Assembly (NCBI GenBank): GCA_049578125.1
Contig: JBAULJ010000252.1
Location: forward strand, 1-34,563
Reading direction: 5' to 3'
DNA from: Halobacteriota archaeon
Lineage (GTDB): Archaea; Halobacteriota; Bog-38; Methanoflorentales; Methanoflorentaceae
DNA length: 34,563 bases
Shown: positions 25,367 to 34,322 of the stretch, one piece after another
Layout of the letters: each line of letters starts with the position of its first letter
Position numbering within the stretch: the stretch's first letter is position 1
Notes under the pieces: model-generated
Told to the model about the DNA's origin: nothing
The model's database searches: none
Seen by the model: only the letters and a program-made list of their open reading frames with translations
Position numbers and translations under genes: made by a program

Positions 25367-25762
25367 GTGGAGATGGCCATGGAAAACGAACGATTTGAAC
25401 GCGGTGTCGCTGCGCTTCGCAAGGCAAACGAGGAAGGCCTGGACGATCTCATTCGAAGTATGGACACAATAGCGCCCGACCTTGCGCGCTATGTCATCGA
25501 GTTTGCTTACGGGGACATCTATACCCGGCCCGGACTACTCCCGAAGCAGCGCGAGCTGTGCATCGTCGCCTCACTCACCGCGCTCGGCAATCGGGAGCGA
25601 CAGCTTCGCGATCATGTTAAGGCAGCGCTGAACAGCGGATGCACGCCTCGCGAGCTTACCGAGACCATCCTCATGATGGCCGTGTACGCTGGATTTCCCA
25701 CTGCGATCAACGGTATGCAGATCGCACGTGAGGTGTTGCTCCGTGAGTCATCGTCGGACTGA
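25367..25762 (+). CDS. carboxymuconolactone decarboxylase (CMD/AhpD-like) family protein
   Basis: YVIEFAYGDIYTRPGLLPKQRELCIVASLTALG...HVKAALNSGCTPRELTETILMMAVYAGFP. The track start is a GTG at 25367. The ATGs at 25373 or 25379 are more likely, since GGAG lies 6 nt before 25379. Confidence 0.85.
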   Translation: MEMAMENERFERGVAALRKANEEGLDDLIRSMDTIAPDLARYVIEFAYGDIYTRPGLLPKQRELCIVASLTALGNRERQLRDHVKAALNSGCTPRELTETILMMAVYAGFPTAINGMQIAREVLLRESSSD

Positions 25763-25882
25763 TCCACGGCAGCACGACGCGGTCGGACAAGAGCGCCCCG
25801 GCCAACCGCAGAGAGAGGCGTGCCTGGCCAAAACAGCGGGCGTCAGGCTCTTCGCTCGGCGCTGATACCGCACCCGAACGAT

Positions 25883-25888
25883 AAAAAA
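25883..25888 (-). terminator. oligo-T tract (T6 on the minus strand) just downstream of tRNA-Glu
   Basis: The minus strand reads ...GGAGCA-TC-TTTTTT-ATCG. Confidence 0.4.
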
Positions 25889-25890
25889 GA

Positions 25891-25965
25891 TGCTCCGGTT
25901 GGGATTTGAACCCAAGTCGAGGGAGTGAGAGTCCCTCATGATTGGCCGGACTACACTACCGGAGC
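25891..25965 (-). tRNA. tRNA-Glu (anticodon CUC), 75 nt, no encoded CCA
   Basis: Hand-folded cloverleaf: acceptor GCTCCGG/CCGGAGC, D-arm GTGT-AGTCCGGCCAA-TCAT, anticodon stem AGGGA/TCCCT with loop CT-CTC-AC, 4-nt variable region, T-arm TTGGG-TTCAAAT-CCCAA, discriminator A. Confidence 0.92.
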
Positions 25966-25990
25966 GTGACTTCACGTTTCGCGTGGACGC

Positions 25991-26001
25991 TCTTAAACTT
26001 T
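25991..26001 (-). promoter_or_regulatory. TATA-like box (minus strand AAAGTTTAAGA) about 30 nt upstream of the tRNA-Glu 5' end
   Basis: The position relative to G1 of the tRNA (25965) fits archaeal promoter geometry. Confidence 0.4.
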
Positions 26002-26213
26002 ACTAGCTGCAACAGAATGCCGTTCCGGTCTCACGACAGCCCCCAACCACGTAAAAGAGGCGTCGTATGAGTTCGCACTAGCACTGGTCTGATGCTGCGG
26101 ACGGCTCTGTCTGTTTCGCGCCCACCCGCATGCTAGTTTTTTTTTGCAGACCCGTGTGATACCGAAGGTGAACCCCACAAGCTCCACAGCCTTATGGCAG
26201 TCCTCGTTGCGAC

Positions 26214-26642
26214 TTAGAAATGCAGGCCCGAGAACTGGAGGAAAAACGAAATGAAATAGACGAGTGCCGTGCCTTTGATTATTTTAGCTGCCAAAATGAC
26301 GACCACGAAGCGTGAAGAGTCGTAGTTTTCCACACCCGCGACGAGCGGAACAAGATCTCCTGCAAACGGGATCCACGGAGAGGCCAACAGAAGCGCCCCC
26401 CCGTACTTTCGGAACCACTGTTGGGCCCTTGTATCGCGTTCGCTGTCGTGAAAAGGGATAATCCTTCTGAGCCCGTACTTTCCGATGAGAAAGCCTGCAG
26501 CAGATCCAATGAATGAGCCCACGATCACTACAGTCAAAATCAGCAACGGACTGACGTGTTTGTCGAGCAAAATCGCTATCGTTGGCTCGGCGGGAATGGG
26601 GTGAAACACCGCTGTGACATTTACCAAGAACAGTTCCAGCAA
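26214..26642 (-). CDS. YqaA/DedA-family small membrane protein, paralog 2
   Basis: 142 aa with a TTG start. 84 of 142 positions are identical to paralog 1 in an ungapped hand alignment. It shares PIPxEP, GKYGxRRIIPFH and SPWIPFAGDLVPxVAG. Confidence 0.72.
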   Translation of the reverse strand: MLELFLVNVTAVFHPIPAEPTIAILLDKHVSPLLILTVVIVGSFIGSAAGFLIGKYGLRRIIPFHDSERDTRAQQWFRKYGGALLLASPWIPFAGDLVPLVAGVENYDSSRFVVVILAAKIIKGTALVYFISFFLQFSGLHF

Positions 26643-26709
26643 AAGATAGTCAGTGACCGATGGCAGCTGTCGTCACCTGCACGCTTTTGTCAGTTACATC
26701 TAGCGCTTG

Positions 26710-26719
26710 TTATAAAAAA
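26710..26719 (-). promoter_or_regulatory. TATA box (minus strand TTTTTTATAA) about 72 nt upstream of YqaA paralog 2
   Basis: Same sequence and spacing as upstream of paralog 1. Confidence 0.35.
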
Positions 26720-26836
26720 CGCATGTAGCAGCAGGCAATCGCAGATGCTCAAGGAGGGGGAGGGATCGCGCCGAAACCACCACGCGTGAGCCGAATGTAC
26801 TCCTGAAAAAGCAGCTCTTCGAGAGGCAGGTCTCTC

Positions 26837-27598
26837 TTAAATCTCGACGATGTCATTCAAAAACGCGTATTCTTCACGTATCTTGCGGACGAGAGCAACG
26901 TCAATCACCGCTTCAATAATAGTCTCCGCGGCGCCCGCCGCAGCGATAACCTCCCCCCACGGATCAGTTATCATGCTCCGACCGACGAACGTGGTCGTTG
27001 GGGCGGGCGCGCCGATCTGGTTGCAGCCAACGAAGTAGCATTGTTCTTCGATCGCTCGCGCCATGTTGAGCGTAATCCAGTGATCGATGCGAGGATATGG
27101 CCACGCCGCAGGACAGATGATCATCTCAGCACCTTTCTTGACCAGAGCCCGATAGAGCTCAGGAAAGCGTAGGTCATAACAGATCGAGAGCCCGATAACG
27201 CCAAGCTCCGTTGGAGCGGTGACAACGTCAGTCCCGGCAACCAGTGAGCGTCGCTCCTTCGAACGATATGAGAAAAGATGAATCTTGCGGTACCTGGCGA
27301 GGATCTGTCCGGACCGATCGATGAGCACGCTTGAATTGTACCTCCGATCATATTCGTCCACCTCGAGGATGCTCCCCATGAGGATGTAACTACCTTTTTC
27401 GCGGGCGAGCTGGGCAAAGATTTCCGTGGTACGTCCTGGAATGTGCTCTCCAGCTTTGAAATCCCTGCAGTGGGCGAAGAGCTCCGGAAGAACGATGAGG
27501 TCAGCATCCGTTTCGTCGGATAAGGCGACCGCGTGGTCGATGTTCTCCTGCCACGTGCCGAGTGCACCCATCTGTATACACGCTACCCTGTGCGTCAT
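26837..27598 (-). CDS. carbon-nitrogen hydrolase (nitrilase superfamily) protein
   Basis: VACIQM...LIVLPELF (catalytic Glu), RKIHLF (Lys) and LSICYDLRFPE (Cys). I start at ATG 27598 (MTHRVACIQ). The track ORF extends to 27724. Confidence 0.85.
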   Translation of the reverse strand: MTHRVACIQMGALGTWQENIDHAVALSDETDADLIVLPELFAHCRDFKAGEHIPGRTTEIFAQLAREKGSYILMGSILEVDEYDRRYNSSVLIDRSGQILARYRKIHLFSYRSKERRSLVAGTDVVTAPTELGVIGLSICYDLRFPELYRALVKKGAEMIICPAAWPYPRIDHWITLNMARAIEEQCYFVGCNQIGAPAPTTTFVGRSMITDPWGEVIAAAGAAETIIEAVIDVALVRKIREEYAFLNDIVEI

Positions 27599-27729
27599 TT
27601 GATCGACCGCCTGCGACCGAACCCAACGTTCACACGTGCCCAATAGCACTTGAAGCATATAGTCTTTAAGGGCAGGACTCGCCCTTTGCGTGTCGTTGAC
27701 GACCGATCGCAGCCTGACGATCATGCAGG

Positions 27730-27743
27730 AAAATATTTCTATT
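27730..27743 (+). promoter_or_regulatory. TATA-like AAAATATTTCTATT about 29 nt upstream of ATG 27765 (leaderless argB start)
   Basis: Spacing to ATG 27765 fits leaderless geometry. The box lies inside the longer track ORF, which argues against the 27690 and 27723 starts. Confidence 0.35.
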
Positions 27744-27764
27744 CTCAGTCGGAACTACAGGTCA

Positions 27765-28643
27765 ATGAAGCGGGAGCAAATCCTTATCGAAGCGTTGCCT
27801 TACATCCGGGAGTTTTACGGATCGTTCGTCGTCATCAAGATTGGCGGGCACGCGATGATCGACAAGCGCCTTATGGAGGGCATTATCGAAGACATCGTGC
27901 TCTTGCGCTACGTTGGGATGCAGCCGGTACTCGTCCACGGAGGTGGACCGGAAATCAGCGAGAAGATGGAGCGAATGGGCAAAAAGCCCGAATTCGCGGC
28001 AGGCTTGCGTATCACTGACGAAGAGACGCTCGAGATCGCGCGCATGGTCCTCGTCGGGAATATCAACACGCGTCTCGTGGCGCTTATCGGCAAACACGGG
28101 GGCAAAGGGGTCGGGCTGTCCGGGAAGGATGGCCGCATGATCGCCGCTCGGAAAAAAAGCCCCCAGCGCGTGGTCTATGAGGGCATCGAACACGAAGTCG
28201 ACCTCGGCTGGGTCGGCGAAACCGAAGTCATCAACCCGGAGATCCTGATGATTATGGCGGGCAAGGGATATATCCCTGTGATAGCTCCCATCGCCGTCGA
28301 CAGCGCGTGCCATAGCCTCAATCTTAACGCCGACACGGTCGCGGGAGACATAGCCGCGGCGCTTACGGCCCGCAAGCTCATTGCCTTGACTGACGTCAAC
28401 GGCATTCAGCGCGACTCGAGCGATCCTGAAACGGTCATCTCCCGCATGACGTTCGCTGAGGCCCAACGTGCGATCGAATCGGGGAGTATCAGCGGAGGGA
28501 TGATTCCGAAAGTGCACGCGTGCATAAAGGCCCTCGAAGCCGGGGTGCAGAATGCGCACATCATCAACGGTAACGTTCATCACGCGCTCCTGCTTGAGCT
28601 GTTTACAGACGAAGGTATCGGAACCATGATTGTGAGGAGGTAA
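27765..28643 (+). CDS. argB: acetylglutamate kinase (amino acid kinase family; the ArgB/LysZ distinction is not resolvable by eye)
   Basis: MKREQILIEALPYIREFYGSFVVIKIGGHAM...PVLVHGGGPEI...GLRITD...NLNADTVAGDIA...ISGGMIPKV. An alternative start is ATG 27723. Confidence 0.88.
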   Translation: MKREQILIEALPYIREFYGSFVVIKIGGHAMIDKRLMEGIIEDIVLLRYVGMQPVLVHGGGPEISEKMERMGKKPEFAAGLRITDEETLEIARMVLVGNINTRLVALIGKHGGKGVGLSGKDGRMIAARKKSPQRVVYEGIEHEVDLGWVGETEVINPEILMIMAGKGYIPVIAPIAVDSACHSLNLNADTVAGDIAAALTARKLIALTDVNGIQRDSSDPETVISRMTFAEAQRAIESGSISGGMIPKVHACIKALEAGVQNAHIINGNVHHALLLELFTDEGIGTMIVRR

Positions 28644-28682
28644 GCGAACGGACAACATAGCTGGCGCACAAGGACGGTACTA

Positions 28683-29906
28683 ATGACGACGATTCGCGAA
28701 GTGGAACTGCAGGGACACATTATTGACTCGCTGACGTTGACACGGGTCCTCGACAAGATCATGGATCTTGACGGCGAGTTTGATATCATCACCTTCAAGA
28801 TAGGCGAGCACAAGAGCGACCCGAGCTATGTGCGGCTTGCGGTCAAGGGGCGCGACGAGGCACACCTCGACGCGATCATGAGCGACCTTCATCGGCTCGG
28901 TGCGCAAGTTCCCGAGATTGAGGATGTCCGACTCGGAGCGGCCGACAAGGACAAGGTCGTCCCAGAAGGGTTCTACTCGACCACGAATCACCCCACGTTT
29001 GTTCACCAGCGCGGCGCCTGGATTCCGGTAGAGGGCATCGAAATGGACTGCATGATCGTCGTTCGCGACGACCGCGCGGTGTGCACGCCGCTCCACCACG
29101 TCACGACAGGGGATCTGGTCGTGCTCGGGCAGCGCGGCGTGCGCGTCATCCCTCCCGAACGCCCGCGTACGCGCTCCCTTTTTGAGTTTATGGGCGGCGC
29201 TGTGTCCTCTGAGCGCCCCTCCGCGACGCTCATCCACCAAATCGCCGTCGAAATGGTGCACGCGAAGGTGCAGGGAAAGAAGATCGCCGTGGTCGCAGGC
29301 CCGGCAGTGTCACACACCGGCGCTGCTGATGCTCTTTCGAAAATTATTCGCCGCGGGTATGTCGATGCCCTGCTCGCCGGCAACGCGCTTGCGGTTCACG
29401 ATATCGAGCGTGACCTCTACGGAACGTCGCTCGGCCTCGACATCAAAACGGCAGAGCTGGTAAGCGAGGGGCACAAGAACCACCTCTACGCCATCAGCCA
29501 AGTGGTCCGCTGCGGATCGATTACGGCGGCGGTGCGCCAGGGACTCGTCAAAAGTGGCATAATGTACGAAAGCGTGGTCAATAACGTGCCGTTCGTGCTC
29601 GCAGGGTCTATCCGCGACGACGGCCCATTGCCGGAAGTCATTACAGACATCATGGCGGCACAGGATGCCATGCGTGAGCTCCTCAAAGACGTCGACCTTG
29701 TGCTTATGATGGCCACGATGTTACACTCCATCGCTGTCGGGAATATGCTGCCCTCGTATGTGAAGACGATTTGCGTAGATATTAATCCAGCCACCGTGAC
29801 GAAGCTCATCGATCGCGGCACGGCACAGGCAATCGGGGTCGTGACCGACGTGGGAACCTTTTTGCCTGCGCTGGCATCTGAGCTCGAGATGATCGACGTC
29901 GAATAA
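28683..29906 (+). CDS. TIGR00300 / LOR-SDH conserved-domain family protein (family of the archaeal-type ornithine cyclodeaminase)
   Basis: 407 aa. N-terminal [28 protein letters not shown] (ACT-like module) is followed by a Rossmann-like core ([16 protein letters not shown]...[13 protein letters not shown]). The family was recognised from memory, so function is tentative. Confidence 0.7.
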   Translation: MTTIREVELQGHIIDSLTLTRVLDKIMDLDGEFDIITFKIGEHKSDPSYVRLAVKGRDEAHLDAIMSDLHRLGAQVPEIEDVRLGAADKDKVVPEGFYSTTNHPTFVHQRGAWIPVEGIEMDCMIVVRDDRAVCTPLHHVTTGDLVVLGQRGVRVIPPERPRTRSLFEFMGGAVSSERPSATLIHQIAVEMVHAKVQGKKIAVVAGPAVSHTGAADALSKIIRRGYVDALLAGNALAVHDIERDLYGTSLGLDIKTAELVSEGHKNHLYAISQVVRCGSITAAVRQGLVKSGIMYESVVNNVPFVLAGSIRDDGPLPEVITDIMAAQDAMRELLKDVDLVLMMATMLHSIAVGNMLPSYVKTICVDINPATVTKLIDRGTAQAIGVVTDVGTFLPALASELEMIDVE

Positions 29907-29982
29907 TTTTCAGGAGCGACGCGTGCACCGTCCTGCGTTTGCCGTACTGTGTGAACGGCGTCTTTGATACTGCGGCACTAAA

Positions 29983-30696
29983 TCAGCCGGCGTCTGTGAT
30001 CACGGGCGAGGCGGTCGGATCAAACGGATTAGTTCGCAACGCTAAGGAGAAGAGGTACGGATACCGCTTCAAGAGGTGCGCCATGTACTTCAGCCACTCG
30101 GCGGTGAGCGCGCTGTACGCCCGTCCTGCGTCAAGAGCGAGGTGCCGGTAATCACCGCCGGGCAGGTTCGCGAGATCGGGTCGGTACTGAAGCTCATCGG
30201 CGACGTGGAAGACCGCCCAAAGCTGTTCGGTGAAGGATTCCTGTTCGAGGAGGTTCGGATTTTCGAGGAGACGGAGCAAAAACGTCCGCTCTGAGGTGAG
30301 AAAACCGCGTAGGTTCTCCAGGAAATGCAACGCTTTCGGATCGTCCTTCTCGCAAACGAGCTTGTATTCGTGCTGTTTTAGGCGCAAACTCGCGTCGGCG
30401 AATTCGTGGCTCTTCCACGTGGCCTTCACTAGAAGCTCATCGCGAATCCTCTCGACGTGCGGGTCAAAGTCTGAAAACGCCTTCAGGAGTGGGGTGCCGA
30501 CCTCACTGAAGTAGACGCCGATTACCATGTTGAGTTTGGCGAGTTGACTCCGCTTTTCTTGCCTGCTGATGACCCAGTCAACGACGAGGACGACGAGAAG
30601 CACCTCGATCGGAAGAAAGGCAACGTCGCCAAGTGCATAGATCCCGATATGCTCTAAATCGTGGAATATGTAGAAGTGAGCCAGATAGAGCACCAC
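29983..30696 (-). CDS. hypothetical membrane-anchored protein with a helical cytoplasmic domain
   Basis: 237 aa from a GTG. One to two N-terminal TM segments are followed by a helical soluble region. The hydrophobic sequence continues upstream of the GTG to a TGA without another canonical start, so the N-terminus is uncertain. Confidence 0.5.
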   Translation of the reverse strand: MVLYLAHFYIFHDLEHIGIYALGDVAFLPIEVLLVVLVVDWVISRQEKRSQLAKLNMVIGVYFSEVGTPLLKAFSDFDPHVERIRDELLVKATWKSHEFADASLRLKQHEYKLVCEKDDPKALHFLENLRGFLTSERTFLLRLLENPNLLEQESFTEQLWAVFHVADELQYRPDLANLPGGDYRHLALDAGRAYSALTAEWLKYMAHLLKRYPYLFSLALRTNPFDPTASPVITDAG

Positions 30697-30893
30697 AGAG
30701 ACCGCGATCAGAAGGAGGCCAAAATATACCCGCCAGCCGATCTTCAGCGCCCCTCACCCTCGCTGTGACCGCGTTGTATCTCCCTTGTCAATAGCCCTAA
30801 ATATAGTCTCGGTCAGCCGTAGGTGGACACACGGCCGTCGGATGGTCGTGGCGTCGGGTGACGCTAAACCCCCTCAGCGGCTGTAAAGGAGCG

Positions 30894-33272
30894 TCACGTT
30901 GTGCGACGGTAATAAATGGCGGCCCCTCCGTCATCAAAAATTTTGCTCCGAGCTTCGGTTGGGCCGCGCAAATCGACATAGCTTATTTCGGTTCCCTTCA
31001 GAAGCGTTGTCGCTCCGATCTGCGCGACCTGCCCTCGCTCGACATTCAACGTGCCGAGGTAGATGTACGAGTTGCGCGGCGTATCCCACACCGGCTTGAG
31101 GAAGTACATGGCGGGATGATACAGATCAAAACGGTCGAATAGCGCACGACGATGCGCGTCCGCGTAAATCGGGATAAGAGGGCCGCCACTTGCCAAGCTG
31201 CCTCGCGTGTCGTGAAGCCACTGGCCCGCGGCCACCTCGCGGTCGTTAAAGACCGGCGCGTCAACGCCACTGTTGAGCACAAACGAGCTCGACCCCTGAT
31301 GAGTCACCTCGTAGACGAATCCGCTGCTGAACAAGAAGAGGGTGACGAAGAATACGGCGACGAGTCTCAATGTAAGGGCTTCAGAAGCCTCCTCGCGCCT
31401 CCTGATAGTGATTTTAGCGACCGACTGAGCGACGAGCAGCCCGCCCGTAACACAAAAGGGCGCCAGCACAATCGTTGAGATGTGGAAAAGCCTCGTGGTG
31501 TTGATGGAAAACGCTAGCAGCGGAATGATCGTGGCGGTGATCAACACGGCGAAGCTGGCGAGCGCGAGCGCAACGTACTCAGCGTCAAAGCCCCACCAAA
31601 AGCGGCGAAGCGCGAGCACGCCGAGCCCGATGACGATGAGGAGAACACTGAGCACGTAGAGCGCCAGCCCAAACTCGTGAAGCGGCGACAGCATGCCAAC
31701 TTGGAGGACGTCATTGAGCGACACGGCGTCATAGTGCGCCCCCCACCATCGAAGCGCCACTAAAAGCACGAGAGGGGCCGCAGCGTACAGCCACGGCCAC
31801 GTGCTCGTCTTCCGCAGTCGCCGCGCCGTGAGTGCGTAGATGACCGCGAGCGCGCTTACGTAGATCACGGCACCGACGCCAAGAGCTATCGCTACGGTCC
31901 CCGGCGCGATGGTGCGGAGTATGTGGCCGACCACCGTATCAATGGGAGCCGAGGCTGCCGAGCCGAAGCTCAAGTACCACGCGGCAGTGAAGACGGCAAA
32001 TGCAAGCACGAAAACGAGCCTCAGCATCCGGTGCGGTATTGTTGATCGATCGGCCCGCATCTTCTGAGCCGATCGCCGTAACCGACCCAAGGCGGGATTA
32101 TCGACCAAGAACAACAAGAGCCACGCGACGCTGATGTAAGCAAGATAGATCAACGCGAGCGCGTAATGAGATAGGACAAGCGAGCCGGCGAAGACGGCGA
32201 ACAGCGCATAAACGCGTCTTTTCTCTACGGCTGACCGATATTTGTCCACTGTCAAAATAAGGAGCAGGACGAGGAAGAGCTCTGCGATCTCCTGCCGCGC
32301 GAGCGCCGGCATCTCGCCAAAGAAGGTAAACAGCGATGAGACAAAAAAGGCGCTGAGGAAGGCGATTTTGTCGTTCGTCTGGGATCGAACGGTGACGAAG
32401 AGGGCGAGGGGCACGAGCGCGAAAACGAGAGGGTAGACTATCTTGAAAAGCCACGTTACGCTCACGCCCGACATCAACGAGAGAACTGGGGCGAGCAAGG
32501 TGATGCTCGTCACGGCGTTCGTCGACTCCGCGAGGGACGGGTTCCACCCGCCACTGGTGAGAACGAGGTTCGCGCTGTAGAGCTCCTTCTGACTATCCCA
32601 GCCCCAAACGTTTGACGAGATGAGTGATGCAAAGAAGAGCATCGCAAGCGCGATCGCGAAAACGGCGAGCGGGTACGACTCTTTGGAAATGGAGGACGAC
32701 GCGCCGACCCAAAGCGCTGTGACGGCGATAACAACAAGCAAGCCGAGCAGCGCAAGATTGCCCCCGTACACGTTCGTGGCGTACGTGGCGAGGACGGAGA
32801 TAAAGGGGAGAAGGCACAGGACGAGGACTGGAGGGCTCAGCACTCGCTGCCAGTCGAACGTCGGCTCGTCGGCGAAGTCGCGATCGCGCCAATAGCTTGC
32901 CGCCGCTAAAAGCACGACGGCGGCGGTCATCGTCCCAACCACCGGGGCGAGGCCTAACGGCCGTTCGATGCCGAGCAGCGGATACACAACGTTTGCGAAA
33001 AGCCCGACGAACATGACGGTCGCGATACTGAGGCCAACAGAGAAGAGCAACGTTCGCGTGCTGCCGAGGCCGTGGGCGCGAAGCACCCTGAGAATGAGGA
33101 TGCCCGGCACGAAGAACACGTATGCGACGCCCACGAGGGCACGGGCAAGCGGGAGGTGAATCCCCACCACGTCTACCCCCACGAGCGCCAACACAACAAA
33201 CTGCAGAATGAAGACCGCTTTGAACGTCTCTGTGAGCTTCCAATCGTTGATGCGCAAGGGATTAAGAAGCAT
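30894..33272 (-). CDS. large polytopic membrane protein, DUF2206-like (archaeal; probable surface-glycan/GT-C or polymerase-like role)
   Basis: 792 aa. The N-terminus MLLNPLRINDWKLTE...VGIHLPLARALVGVAYVFFVPGILILRVL matches my recollection of DUF2206 N-termini. It has well over ten hydrophobic helices and a soluble C-terminal domain of about 130 aa. Confidence 0.75.
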   Translation of the reverse strand: MLLNPLRINDWKLTETFKAVFILQFVVLALVGVDVVGIHLPLARALVGVAYVFFVPGILILRVLRAHGLGSTRTLLFSVGLSIATVMFVGLFANVVYPLLGIERPLGLAPVVGTMTAAVVLLAAASYWRDRDFADEPTFDWQRVLSPPVLVLCLLPFISVLATYATNVYGGNLALLGLLVVIAVTALWVGASSSISKESYPLAVFAIALAMLFFASLISSNVWGWDSQKELYSANLVLTSGGWNPSLAESTNAVTSITLLAPVLSLMSGVSVTWLFKIVYPLVFALVPLALFVTVRSQTNDKIAFLSAFFVSSLFTFFGEMPALARQEIAELFLVLLLILTVDKYRSAVEKRRVYALFAVFAGSLVLSHYALALIYLAYISVAWLLLFLVDNPALGRLRRSAQKMRADRSTIPHRMLRLVFVLAFAVFTAAWYLSFGSAASAPIDTVVGHILRTIAPGTVAIALGVGAVIYVSALAVIYALTARRLRKTSTWPWLYAAAPLVLLVALRWWGAHYDAVSLNDVLQVGMLSPLHEFGLALYVLSVLLIVIGLGVLALRRFWWGFDAEYVALALASFAVLITATIIPLLAFSINTTRLFHISTIVLAPFCVTGGLLVAQSVAKITIRRREEASEALTLRLVAVFFVTLFLFSSGFVYEVTHQGSSSFVLNSGVDAPVFNDREVAAGQWLHDTRGSLASGGPLIPIYADAHRRALFDRFDLYHPAMYFLKPVWDTPRNSYIYLGTLNVERGQVAQIGATTLLKGTEISYVDLRGPTEARSKIFDDGGAAIYYRRTT

Positions 33273-33323
33273 GGATCGATAGACTATCGACTCGCTCGCC
33301 GCTGGCGGTGTGCCAGTTACAGC

Positions 33324-34322
33324 TCAGGACCGCGTCTCTTCGAGCGGTCGACGCTCGGTGACCGCTCTGCGGTATTTCTCAACGTCTGCATCGACCATCA
33401 TCCGTACGAGCTCCTCAAACGAGGTGTGGGGTGTCCAGCCCAGCTTTGTGCGGGCTTTTGAGGCGTCGCCCCGCAGGTCGGGTACCTCCGCGGGTCGCAG
33501 GTACCGCTCGTCCACGGTCACGTAATCCTCCCAGTTCAAGCCGACGGCATCGAAGGCGAGCTTGGCAAACTCCTTCACCGAGTGGCTTACCCCCGTGGCG
33601 ACGACGTAATCGTCAGGCTCATCCTGTTGCAGCATAAGCCACATCGCCTTCACGTAATCGCGTGCAAAGCCCCAGTCGCGCCTCACCTCGAGATTTCCCA
33701 GCCGAAGCTCTTTCGCCCGACCACAATAAATCCGGGCGACGCCGTCGGTTATCTTTTTCGTCACAAACTCAATGCCGCGTCGCGGCGACTCGTGATTGAA
33801 GCAGATGCCGTTGGAGCAAAACAGCCCGTAACTCTCGCGATAGTTAAGCGTCGTGTAATACCCGAAGACCTTTGCGACGGCATAAGGGCTCCGGGGGTGG
33901 AACGGTGTAGCCTCGCTTTTCAGTGGCTGCGGCGCCGTTCCAAACATCTCGCTACTCGAGGCTTGGTAGAACCGTGCCAAGGGACAGAAGTGTCGCACCG
34001 CCTCTAGCACGCGAACGACGCCAAGCCCAGTGACGTCGCCGGTCAGCACCGGCTGGTTCCACGACGTGGCGACGAATGACTGAGCCGCTAGATTGTATAC
34101 CTCGTCAGGCATCGCGGTCTGCGCCGCGACGTTGAGCGATGACTGATCGGTGAGGTCGCCCTCAAGCAGCACAAGTCGGTCAATGATAGCGCTGATACGG
34201 GATTCATTAGGCGTACTCAACCGCCTCACGAGGCCATAGACCTCGTAGCCCTTTTCAAGCAGGAACTCTGCAAGATATGATCCGTCTTGTCCGGTGATAC
34301 CGGTTATGAGCGCTGTTGGCAT
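33324..34322 (-). CDS. gmd: GDP-mannose 4,6-dehydratase
   Basis: [53 protein letters not shown] and [17 protein letters not shown] are diagnostic of Gmd. Confidence 0.93.
   Translation of the reverse strand: MPTALITGITGQDGSYLAEFLLEKGYEVYGLVRRLSTPNESRISAIIDRLVLLEGDLTDQSSLNVAAQTAMPDEVYNLAAQSFVATSWNQPVLTGDVTGLGVVRVLEAVRHFCPLARFYQASSSEMFGTAPQPLKSEATPFHPRSPYAVAKVFGYYTTLNYRESYGLFCSNGICFNHESPRRGIEFVTKKITDGVARIYCGRAKELRLGNLEVRRDWGFARDYVKAMWLMLQQDEPDDYVVATGVSHSVKEFAKLAFDAVGLNWEDYVTVDERYLRPAEVPDLRGDASKARTKLGWTPHTSFEELVRMMVDADVEKYRRAVTERRPLEETRS

Noticed and set aside
27762-29261. Large minus-strand ORFs of 298 aa (27762..28658) and 193 aa (28680..29261).
   Set aside because: They lie antisense to the clearly recognisable argB and TIGR00300-family genes. 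Their translations are Arg/Asp/His-rich with no motifs.
32098-33243. Alternative-frame minus-strand ORFs (216 aa and 149 aa) inside the DUF2206-like gene.
   Set aside because: They are Arg/Pro-rich out-of-frame shadows of a GC-rich membrane protein gene.
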